Positions 1 through 8,680 of a DNA stretch of 64,000 nt are shown in pieces. A program made the translations under genes and the position numbers. The notes under the pieces are model-generated. The model was not told the DNA's origin and searched no databases. It saw only the letters and a list, made by a program, of their open reading frames with translations. Position 1 is the first letter of the stretch, and every line of letters begins with the position of its first letter. The stretch comes from Meyerozyma guilliermondii (taxonomy: Eukaryota): contig CP128820.1 of the NCBI GenBank assembly GCA_051546255.1, positions 620,001 through 684,000 on the forward strand, given 5' to 3'.

Positions 1-1886
1 TAGAAGAGTCTCCGGAACGGGAAGATTCAGGTATAATTGCCTTAAAAGAACCAATGATTACTGTTAAAAAAGACGATGCCATTATCAACTTGTCATCTAC
101 GTCGCTTTCATTTTGGAACTTTTTGAACTTTAGTCCAGTAAATGGACCGAAAGACTTTCAAACTGTACTAGTGTGTGATTCGGATCCTAACAACACAGGG
201 TCTCAATTCTTGGACTCTTTAGCATATTGTTATCACGAATGCTCGTTTGGAACTATGGCCAAGTTGAACTTGAATTCTCTGCTGAGTTTGGATTTACAAC
301 GAATCAATGGAACCATCAATATCGTCTACGACGAGACACTGGAAAACGGTGGTGCCGTGAGGGTTGTGGAGCGAGAATTGATGAAGCTCGCGGAACTCAT
401 CAAGCTAGATTTGATGGAAAAATCCAACAGCTTTGATTTCAAGAGTCCGTTTCTTCTACTTTTTGCACTCTCCGATACTCGTTTCAATGCCCACCTTCTG
501 GTTGCAAAGTTACTAAGAAATTTCAGGCAAGTTTTGCGCCAGAACCAATTACCTATAGTCGAGGTATTTTGCCATATTATACCTTCATCGGTACTTTTTA
601 AGGGTCCGCCGTCTTCCAGAAGTCTCCGCTACCTCTCCAGCTCGAAACTTTGTCGTATTGCTATGAGTCTTTACAATCAGTGCCCAACATTGAAACACAA
701 CTCTGCAACGAGACCACTCAATAAAACCGCCTTTGCAACCTTGGCGAAAGACCCTCCTGAAAAGCTCCGTCTAAACCTTCCAGGTGCCACGAAAGACTCC
801 AAAGACGCATACAGTGACGATATATTTCTTCATTTGGCGTACGAAAGAAGCATAGATAAAAGCTGGATTGTGGGTGTTTGGTCTGATCCTCGAGGACTAC
901 TTACTCATACTAAAGCGTGGTACTGTTCGCCTTCTCGTCGTACAACTAAAGTTGCTAATAGTATTGAGGAGGTGTGCGACGACCTTTGGGCTCTTTCCAT
1001 GGAATTTTTCAAGAACCTAATCGAGCAAGCCAGCAAGAATGTTTCAGGAAGAAAGTTTTTGGTGCTCACGAGGGTGAACAATGTCATCCCCGATGACGAG
1101 CTAGTTCACTGGAAAAGGCTTAGTGTCAAGCACAAGGAAATCTCTTTGATTGTGCTATCGGTGAACAAATCTCCAAAGACAGTTTTCTCGAGTAGCTCCA
1201 ATGGAGAAGACGAAACCATGGAAAAAACCGAAAATGTTCCTACCACCATGCCTCCAGACATACCTCTGGTTGACTCAGATGTGTTTCGCCTTGGCTACGG
1301 AAACTCAAACAGCACTTCACCTGCTGCTATGATGGGCAGCTCTCCTAACAATATCAACTTTCTGTCTCCTCGTCAAATACTCAATGCTCTGGGTAATTTT
1401 TTGTCTCCGCAAGATCTAATTTCTACAGTGGGTTCTTTGGGAGGTCACAACGGAGTCAATGGTGGAGCCAGTCCGTCAAAAGTTGCAGAAGTTGTTGATA
1501 CCGAAAGAATCCTTGAAGATCCCAGCCAAGATATTTGTGCTGTGGTTCCAATCACCACCTTACCAACCGTCAATTCTCCCACTAGATTGGCTATGAAAAG
1601 TGGATACCTTTTAGGCTCTTTTGGACCCCAAATGTTGCAGTATGAAGTCAGTTTGCTTTCTTGTTCAAGCTATTGGAGTCCCGATGCAATTATGAAGATA
1701 TTGCTTCGTCATTACAAAAAGATGATAGTACTAGGAGATATCTTGTGTATCAAAGGCAAGTTTCAACCTCCTCAATTAAGCAAATCACGCTTCACTGATG
1801 AACAGGCGGCTTCAGCAATTGTTCCATGGCACATTACTGCCGTGACAAAAGCCTTGGATTACTTGGTCCATGTGGAAGTGAACTAA
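1..1886 (+). CDS. SSN2: Mediator kinase-module subunit Med13, C-terminal part (5'-truncated by window edge)
   Basis: Frame is open from base 3 through the ATG at 54. Med13-like C-terminal motifs: 'IFLHLAYERSIDKSW...WSDPRG' and terminal 'VPWHITAVTK'. Confidence 0.85.
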   Translation, partial: EESPEREDSGIIALKEPMITVKKDDAIINLSSTSLSFWNFLNFSPVNGPKDFQTVLVCDSDPNNTGSQFLDSLAYCYHECSFGTMAKLNLNSLLSLDLQRINGTINIVYDETLENGGAVRVVERELMKLAELIKLDLMEKSNSFDFKSPFLLLFALSDTRFNAHLLVAKLLRNFRQVLRQNQLPIVEVFCHIIPSSVLFKGPPSSRSLRYLSSSKLCRIAMSLYNQCPTLKHNSATRPLNKTAFATLAKDPPEKLRLNLPGATKDSKDAYSDDIFLHLAYERSIDKSWIVGVWSDPRGLLTHTKAWYCSPSRRTTKVANSIEEVCDDLWALSMEFFKNLIEQASKNVSGRKFLVLTRVNNVIPDDELVHWKRLSVKHKEISLIVLSVNKSPKTVFSSSSNGEDETMEKTENVPTTMPPDIPLVDSDVFRLGYGNSNSTSPAAMMGSSPNNINFLSPRQILNALGNFLSPQDLISTVGSLGGHNGVNGGASPSKVAEVVDTERILEDPSQDICAVVPITTLPTVNSPTRLAMKSGYLLGSFGPQMLQYEVSLLSCSSYWSPDAIMKILLRHYKKMIVLGDILCIKGKFQPPQLSKSRFTDEQAASAIVPWHITAVTKALDYLVHVEVN

Positions 1887-2031
1887 ATTGAGGAAGTGGA
1901 GAGAGGATCCAAAATTGGTGTGAGGTATTGTTTCTATTAAAGTTCCATGAGATTTTCATGAACTTAAATTGTTGTCTATAAGGTTGTATGGCAGAATTAT
2001 AGGGTCTAGCCTTCTAATTTTGTTCTAAGTT

Positions 2032-3582
2032 TCATGTCATTTCAAAGTCTGTGAACTTGGACACCGACCTCACCTTGGGCCCGTTCCAATAAAACACAAG
2101 TGGGATCAAGATCATTGCCGTGGCTATGAATCCCAAAACACTGGATCCCCATCCAACAGGAAAATTGTTGGTGGCTAGATTGGTGTACAATGGTTGAGCA
2201 TAAAGCGGTGCAACGCTAGCGGCCACCGACCTCCATAACCCATTGCTTGCAATAACGGAGGCATAGTAGTCAGGAAACGACATTCCCAAATAGTTGATCA
2301 AAGTTTCGAAAATGATAAAGTTTGCAAACCCAGCTATACAAGCTCCTATTAATGGTCCGCACCAATGAGCTTTTGGGGTAGCCGACCAGGCAAAAATGAA
2401 GATTCCCGCCGGTAAGAGAAACCCTCCCATCACCGCCATGGGTAGGAAAACTTCAGGATAAACCATCTCACTTTTGGTGTATCTTTTGGTGAATTTGAAG
2501 TAGATGAAAATTGTGTATACGACGGACCCAAGAATGACTCCCACAAGCATGCTGGTAGCACTGACACCCTCGAGTAGCGGTGTGAACCCATACATATCCT
2601 CAAATACCATAGGAAACGTTTCATACCACAAGTACAAAATACTGTAAATCAAAGCCGAGTAGATGTTGATGAAAAGAACCACTGGTTCCGAAACAGTTAT
2701 CTCAACAGATCTCAAGAGATATTCCTTGACAAAACCCCTATCCACTGCCAAGTGCCTCAACTCTTCATTAGTTCGTATGTCGGAGTTTCCCGTAAGTTCT
2801 CGCAAGTGTCTTGCTCTTTTGAACTTTAAAGTAGGAGGGTAAGTTTCTGGCAAAAAAAGTGCAAACAGTAAAAGAGACGAGCCTGTTATAATCAACAAAA
2901 ACCAGAAGCACCATCTCCAGCCTTTCCTGGAGTTTATTGCTGCTCCTAATACCGGACCCAAACTGGGTCCACAGAGAGAACAAACGGCCCAACCTCCGAT
3001 CACAGTGGGGATATATGGTGTCTTTATAACATCAGAAACTGACGCTGCGCCCATGGCTAGCACTGGAGAAGCAAATACACCGTTGAAAAAGCGTAAAATG
3101 CAAATTGAAGTGATCGTTTGTGACATGGCAGTGGGAATCTGAAGAACTGCAAAAAGAAAAAGTGTTGTAATGTAAACGGGGCTTCGTCCAATCTTGTAGT
3201 ATTCACTTATTGGAGCGAAGAATAGCGGTCCGACTCCGTATCCTAGCACGAACAAAACCATGGGTAATAAAGCAACTTCTCTTCCCACACCAAATTCTTG
3301 CTGAAGGTCTTTCATTCCCGCAGTATAAATGGACAGTCCAATGTACACAGAAAGACAGAGGAACCCTATTTCGAAGCAGAAGAATGCTTTGAGATAAACT
3401 GGCCAGTTTTTCGGGTTATCGTAGTTGGTTTCCTTGTCCCAATCGTCATCAATCATGTCTGCATAGGAGTCGTATTTCTCATTGTACTTATGCAAGTCGT
3501 TCAGCAAGTCTGTAGTTTTAACAAACCAATGGTTGGTGAGCGAGTCGAAAAGACATTGTTTCAAGAAATGGACAAGAAACAT
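2032..3582 (-). CDS. MFS drug:H+ antiporter, DHA1 family (MDR1/FLR1-like)
   Basis: About 12 hydrophobic segments; motifs 'DNPKNWP', 'GYGVGPLFFAPISE..IGRSPVY', 'GWRWCFW', 'LPETY'. First ATG is at 3582; the track start at 3657 is GTG. Confidence 0.9.
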   Translation of the reverse strand: MFLVHFLKQCLFDSLTNHWFVKTTDLLNDLHKYNEKYDSYADMIDDDWDKETNYDNPKNWPVYLKAFFCFEIGFLCLSVYIGLSIYTAGMKDLQQEFGVGREVALLPMVLFVLGYGVGPLFFAPISEYYKIGRSPVYITTLFLFAVLQIPTAMSQTITSICILRFFNGVFASPVLAMGAASVSDVIKTPYIPTVIGGWAVCSLCGPSLGPVLGAAINSRKGWRWCFWFLLIITGSSLLLFALFLPETYPPTLKFKRARHLRELTGNSDIRTNEELRHLAVDRGFVKEYLLRSVEITVSEPVVLFINIYSALIYSILYLWYETFPMVFEDMYGFTPLLEGVSATSMLVGVILGSVVYTIFIYFKFTKRYTKSEMVYPEVFLPMAVMGGFLLPAGIFIFAWSATPKAHWCGPLIGACIAGFANFIIFETLINYLGMSFPDYYASVIASNGLWRSVAASVAPLYAQPLYTNLATNNFPVGWGSSVLGFIATAMILIPLVFYWNGPKVRSVSKFTDFEMT

Positions 3583-4149
3583 AAATTCTTTGAGGGCTCC
3601 GTGCCAGATATACTTATCAATTAGCAACCAAAATCTCGGACCAACTCCGCGCCGCACGCCGGTACCTGCAGCCCGAGATGAGCCAATGCCAACAAGCCAA
3701 ATGCCAAAATGTCAAGTCCACGAAAAGCCAAATCCACCAAAAACGAGGCGCAAATATGAAATTAGCAGTGACACATTCAAAGTAGTTTGGGTTTGTGTCA
3801 AACTCTATTCGGATTTTCTTGTGTCAAACTCTAACGGTTTTTCGCATCTCGGTCCAAATGCGGAACTCCACCGCACAAGTGCCCGGAATTTGAGATGCAA
3901 GGCTGATGGTGTCACTTTTCGTGTATATTAGGCCAAAAGTGGCTCGATCAGTCTAGATTCGTCTAAGATGAGATAAAAGAAATTGAAACTTGCTCTCAAT
4001 CTGTGCTACGCTTTGGGCATTGGTGTATTTGGTTGCTCAATGGAGTGGAATGGTAAAAGAAACTTGCACCAGCATTTAACCTTTGAGTTGACTAAAAACG
4101 GTTTTGGATGTTTCGTTTGGGATCGTGTTTTATTGGAATTTGACTTTAT

Positions 4150-4600
4150 CGTTCATTCATTAGCAATTACGCTATCTCTTATCGTTAGTTTTTCATATCA
4201 TACTCATCTTTTCTCTCCTATCTCTCATATTATGCTCATATTGCTTTCATCTCTTTTTCATATTATTCTCATATTTTTCGTCTTTTTCTCTTATTATTCT
4301 CAAGTTCTTCTCACACTTTTCTCATATAATTCTCATATAATTCTCATATAATTCTCATACTTTTCTCATATTATTCTCATGTTTCCCTCATGTTTTTCTC
4401 GTGTTTTTCTCGTGTTTTTCTCATGTTTTCCTCACCTTTGGTTCACGTTCTTCTCGTGTGGTACTCATATCTTTGTCATATCATCATCACATCTTTCTCA
4501 TATTCTTCTCTTGGTCTTCTCATATCTGTCATATCATCATCACATCTTTCTCATATTATTTTCATCTTTTCTCAGGTTTCATATCCTTTTTCTCATTCAC
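4150..4600. repeat. Degenerate 11-bp-period, G-poor minisatellite / low-complexity tract
   Basis: TTCTCATATAA x~3.5 at 4319-4359; TGTTTTTCTCG x~3 at 4391-4425; ~35-bp direct repeat TGTCATATCATCATCACATCTTTCTCATATT near 4474 and 4527. Confidence 0.8.
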
Positions 4601-4604
4601 TCCA

Positions 4605-5111
4605 TCACGTAAACTCACTCAAGTACGGTCTGATCCAGTCCCTCTTACCCAATGGAACACCTTCCTTTCTCAAAATGGCATATGCCATTCCAACATGGAA
4701 GTACAAATTGGGCATATGCCTAATAGTTATAACATGTTTTACCGGCGCCTCCTGACGTCCCTGAGGGGTATCGGTCATAATGAGGGTTTCTCCAATTTCA
4801 TTAGCTTTTTCTTTATCAACTTTTTTTAACTGCTCGAGAGTACGGGCAATTCGAGAATGCATTTCTTCATAATTTCCAATCTCACTGCTTTGAGGTTCGT
4901 ACTCTTGACCACTTAAAAGTGCCGCTACCGACTCCGCCAGTAACGTAGCATAATAAACTTGGAAACTTAGGGGATTCATATCTTCAACAAGACGAGCCGA
5001 AATAAAGGTTTCTGAATTTGGTTTCTCTTCAGCAATGGTGAGGATTCTATCGAGGGAACCTAGGGCACCATTGGCCATTTTTATCGATGCATCGTAGAGA
5101 GAATATGCCAT
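4605..5111 (-). CDS. DUF1993-family (DinB/YfiT-like helical) protein
   Basis: Motifs 'SLYDASI', 'ARLVEDMNPLSFQV' and C-terminal 'PNLYFHVGMAYAILRKEGVPLGKRD'; ATG at 5111. Confidence 0.85.
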   Translation of the reverse strand: MAYSLYDASIKMANGALGSLDRILTIAEEKPNSETFISARLVEDMNPLSFQVYYATLLAESVAALLSGQEYEPQSSEIGNYEEMHSRIARTLEQLKKVDKEKANEIGETLIMTDTPQGRQEAPVKHVITIRHMPNLYFHVGMAYAILRKEGVPLGKRDWIRPYLSEFT

Positions 5112-5576
5112 TTTAGTATTGGTGCGAATGTGAGTTTTCAAATTGAATCGAACGTATGCGAGCGCAAAAATGAATATCGCGCATAAGTCTGAAGCTCTGT
5201 ATGGAGGTTAAAGTAAGATTAAAATGGCTCAAGTCGAGTTAGTATGGAGATATTGGACTTTAACTAGCATAGAGATATTAGATTGTTAAAGAATTTCATC
5301 ACTCTCTCAACTAAAATTGAAGAGCTTCTTTGTTAAATTTGCAACCATTAATGGAGAGAGGTTGCAAATTGAGAAAATGGCAAAAAATGCAGAATGTATT
5401 TTTTCAAGAAAATCCAAATCACAAACCATAGTAGCCACCTGATTTGAATCATCTACTTACTTTCCCTTCCCCCTTTAATAGTCTTTTCTCATCTTTTCTT
5501 TCCCATCTTTTCCTTCCTCTCTTTCTCGGTCACGTGCCACCTCCCCATTATCACCAACCGCGTTTGCAAACACAAC

Positions 5577-6824
5577 ATGGAGTCCACACAAGAGCTCATA
5601 GATACCTACCACCAGGGGTCCCTGAGACCCGAGACTTTACCTATGGAGCGAAAAATGAGCCCTGAGAAGACTGGGACCCCTTTTAGGTCCTCATATAGGC
5701 GTGGAAGCAGCGTTTCTCCACTGAAAAAAACGCGCAACGACTATCAAGATCATATTTTTCGCATGAGAGGCAAAGAACGAGGCTCTGTGAGTGTCTCTGG
5801 GAGTCCTTTAAGACCACTCAACCGCGACTCACGCGCGGATCTTACAGTATACGACGCATTTGACGAACCCAGTCCATTTCGAGATTCTGGAGCTGATGTG
5901 TTTTCGAAAATAAGCCGGGATGGAAGCAGTGTTGATCGAGAAATCGACGATTTCATAGCACGAGAAGCGCAGTTTCTGGATCAGCAAACCGAGTATGTGT
6001 TAAGGGATACTCATAAAGTGATCCATAGTATTCCAGACAGCATCGTGGCTAGTGCAGAAGGTGAAAAGTATTATACTATGTTGACGGCGTCTATAAACAA
6101 ACTTACGCGTGAAATGGACAACTTGCGACACGAAAACAACCTCTTGCGAGATCGTGACTACACCAGTGACTACAGAATACGAGAATTGGAGGCAAGAGTG
6201 AGCCATCTCCAGATGGAAAATGGAAGGTTAGCTAGCCAACGGGTGACAGGAGTGGCCGATTCTGCGGCCAAAAGAGCCAATGAGCTATTGAGGGCCAAGC
6301 TACTCAAGTACAAGCGGCTCAATGACGAGTGTAGAAAGTGGCATGGCGACAAGAGCTATCGACTTGAGGGCTTGATTGAGCAGCTCGAAGAAGCGATGAA
6401 GAATAGTGAAAAGCAAGACAATCAACAAGACAAGACCAACCAAAAGAGCCACGACGGTAAGGGCCAACAGAAATCCCAAGATAAGCAGGATGGTCAAGTT
6501 CATCTCGAGTCGGTCCAGATACCGTCTCCGCAACTGGAACCCGATAGTAGTTTGTATGAAAAATTCGAGTCCGCTGCCAAAAATGCGCTGGCACCTTCAC
6601 TGGCTGGATCCAATGACATGCTAGCCGCTCTCAACATGAACAATCGGCTTTACGAACGATTATTGGCGTTCCTCGACCAACAGGTGTCAGCCGCACCTCA
6701 CCACGAGTGCAACGAAAACGTTCCTCCATCGCAATGCAGCGCCTGTACCAACCCTCCAGCAACAACCAACCCCGGCCACGATACTATGCAGCTCATGGGG
6801 GAGTATAAATGGACTTTGGGATAG
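5577..6824 (+). CDS. Uncharacterised coiled-coil protein with clustered Cdk consensus sites
   Basis: 415-aa ATG-started ORF; heptad-rich region at about aa 170-285; SPEK, TPFR, SPxK, SPLR and SPFR in the N-terminus. Confidence 0.7.
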   Translation: MESTQELIDTYHQGSLRPETLPMERKMSPEKTGTPFRSSYRRGSSVSPLKKTRNDYQDHIFRMRGKERGSVSVSGSPLRPLNRDSRADLTVYDAFDEPSPFRDSGADVFSKISRDGSSVDREIDDFIAREAQFLDQQTEYVLRDTHKVIHSIPDSIVASAEGEKYYTMLTASINKLTREMDNLRHENNLLRDRDYTSDYRIRELEARVSHLQMENGRLASQRVTGVADSAAKRANELLRAKLLKYKRLNDECRKWHGDKSYRLEGLIEQLEEAMKNSEKQDNQQDKTNQKSHDGKGQQKSQDKQDGQVHLESVQIPSPQLEPDSSLYEKFESAAKNALAPSLAGSNDMLAALNMNNRLYERLLAFLDQQVSAAPHHECNENVPPSQCSACTNPPATTNPGHDTMQLMGEYKWTLG

Positions 6825-7055
6825 AGGATATGGGGTGGTTATGACCGTGGTTTGCACCCATAACCGTGATCCATCGGGACTGTATACAGGAATCGAGACT
6901 TGAGTAACAATAAAAAGTATACAGTATAAAGTGTACAATTATCTATCTATAGTATATTTGGTCTATAGCAGTGTATTATAGACATAGTTAGCAACACACA
7001 ACAAACTCAAGAACTCAAAAGAGGTCTTGCCAGACCTCTTTTTGTTCGTCTGGGA

Positions 7056-7082
7056 TTTCCTGCATGGGCGCACCGTGTTTAC
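7056..7082. promoter_or_regulatory. Putative Mcm1 (CC-N6-GG) plus forkhead (TGTTTAC) composite site upstream of CLB2
   Basis: TTTCC-TGCATG-GG at 7056-7068 and TGTTTAC at 7076-7082, about 240 bp upstream of the cyclin ATG. Confidence 0.5.
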
Positions 7083-7316
7083 ATTCCGCATTTGGCCCCA
7101 AATTCACGTACGCGAATTTGAAGGAAAACACTTTTGTTGCTGATTTACACCTTCATTTTGTGGTTGTTTTACACTACTTGTATACCTCTGCTAAACACCC
7201 CTGCCCTCTGGAGTACCGCTACTGTGCACTTCAACCCCACAAAGCCATCATCCACTATAAAAACTTTGTGAATACTTGCGGTTTTCTTGAAATCACAGAA
7301 CAAAATTCTCAACGAA

Positions 7317-8519
7317 ATGCGGTCCACAGTCTCCAATGAGAACGAATACCGGCTAGCACGCTCACGAAAGTTGGAGCTGAGCAGCTCGGACCGTGAAGCA
7401 AAAGCTTTGGCCGATGTGTCGAACCAATATGGAGCTGGAGCTGGAACGGCCGTCAAAAATGAAAAGCGAAAGCCCCTTGGAGGAGATATAGCTCCGCTAC
7501 CACAGACCAATTCCAAGCCCAATGTGTTCTCGCTGGAGCTTGTGCCGTCCAGAATGCCCCAGAAGCGCCAGGCAACGGAACTGTCCACGAATCTCATCGG
7601 TAAATTGCATTCCGAATCCAGTGCATCCCACAAACGGTCGCGCAAGATTGACTACGAATGGCAGGATTTGGATGAGGAGGATGCCGATGACCCATTGATG
7701 GTGAGCGAGTACGTGGGAGAGATTTTTGCGTATTTGGGCGAGCTTGAATACAAGACGCTTCCTCAGCAATATCTTCATAAGCAAACACATATCAAACCGA
7801 AAATGCGGCTGATTCTCGTGGATTGGCTCGTGGAAATGCATATGCGATTCCGATTGCTTCCGGAAACGTTGTTTCTCGCCATCAATGTCATGGACCGGTT
7901 CATGCTGATGGAGGTGGTGCAGATCGATAAGCTTCAGCTTTTGGCTACTGGATCGTTATTCATCGCTGCAAAATACGAAGAGGTATTCTCGCCTCTGGTT
8001 AAAAACTACGCATACTTCACCGACGGCTCGTACACAGAAGAAGAGATCCTCCAGGCCGAAAAATACATCCTCACAGTCCTCGATTTCGAACTCAATTACC
8101 CCAATCCCATGAACTTTTTACGAAGAATTTCCAAAGCCGACGACTACGACGTGCAACTGAGAACCCTAGGAAAATACCTTTTGGAAATCACCATCATCGA
8201 CTACAAATTCATTGGCATGTTGCCGTCTCTCTGTTCGGCTGCTGCCATGTATATTGCCCGTCTTATTCTCCAGAAACTGCCGGTGTGGACTGGCAATCTT
8301 ATCCACTATTCCGGCTACCGTGCCGCGGAAATGCGACAATGTGTTGACCTCATTGTCCAGTACCTTGTGGCACCCGTCGAACACGACGAATTCTTCAAGA
8401 AGTATGCCACAAGAAAGTTCATGAAAGCATCGGTGGTGTGTCGTAGTTGGGCCAAGAAAGCCGTGCAAGAAGGCCGTGATCTTTTCGCCAGCGAGTTGCA
8501 GACGACACGCCCGCAATGA
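7317..8519 (+). CDS. CLB2: G2/M B-type cyclin
   Basis: Cyclin box 'MR[S]ILVDWLVEMH..FRLLPETLFLAINVMDRF', 'LFIAAKYEE', 'YPNPMNFLRRISKAD'; N-terminal 'NENEYRL' and 'DVSNQY'; ATG at 7317. Confidence 0.92.
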   Translation: MRSTVSNENEYRLARSRKLELSSSDREAKALADVSNQYGAGAGTAVKNEKRKPLGGDIAPLPQTNSKPNVFSLELVPSRMPQKRQATELSTNLIGKLHSESSASHKRSRKIDYEWQDLDEEDADDPLMVSEYVGEIFAYLGELEYKTLPQQYLHKQTHIKPKMRLILVDWLVEMHMRFRLLPETLFLAINVMDRFMLMEVVQIDKLQLLATGSLFIAAKYEEVFSPLVKNYAYFTDGSYTEEEILQAEKYILTVLDFELNYPNPMNFLRRISKADDYDVQLRTLGKYLLEITIIDYKFIGMLPSLCSAAAMYIARLILQKLPVWTGNLIHYSGYRAAEMRQCVDLIVQYLVAPVEHDEFFKKYATRKFMKASVVCRSWAKKAVQEGRDLFASELQTTRPQ

Positions 8520-8669
8520 TTATAGAACTTTTAAGACATGGCCGGGGGCCGTTATGAGTTAATGAGAGCACATAAGTTCAATAGCATATAATTTTCTGTC
8601 GTTAGCAGTCCATCGTCCTGCACCCACACTCTCCGCGATTCTCACCAACTACATCTGTGATCTCAAACT

Positions 8670-8675
8670 ACGCGT
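8670..8675. promoter_or_regulatory. MCB element (ACGCGT) just upstream of RTT107
   Basis: Exact ACGCGT 5 bp before the ATG of a DNA-repair gene; unusually close to the start codon. Confidence 0.3.
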
Positions 8676-8680
8676 CTTTC

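Noticed and set aside
3983..4829. Overlapping + strand ORFs rich in Phe/Ser/Ile/His
   Set aside because: By-products of the G-poor satellite; no family motifs, and partly antisense to the DUF1993 gene.
7017..7042. Hairpin plus T-run as a bacterial intrinsic terminator
   Set aside because: Eukaryotic Pol II context; kept only as an inverted repeat.
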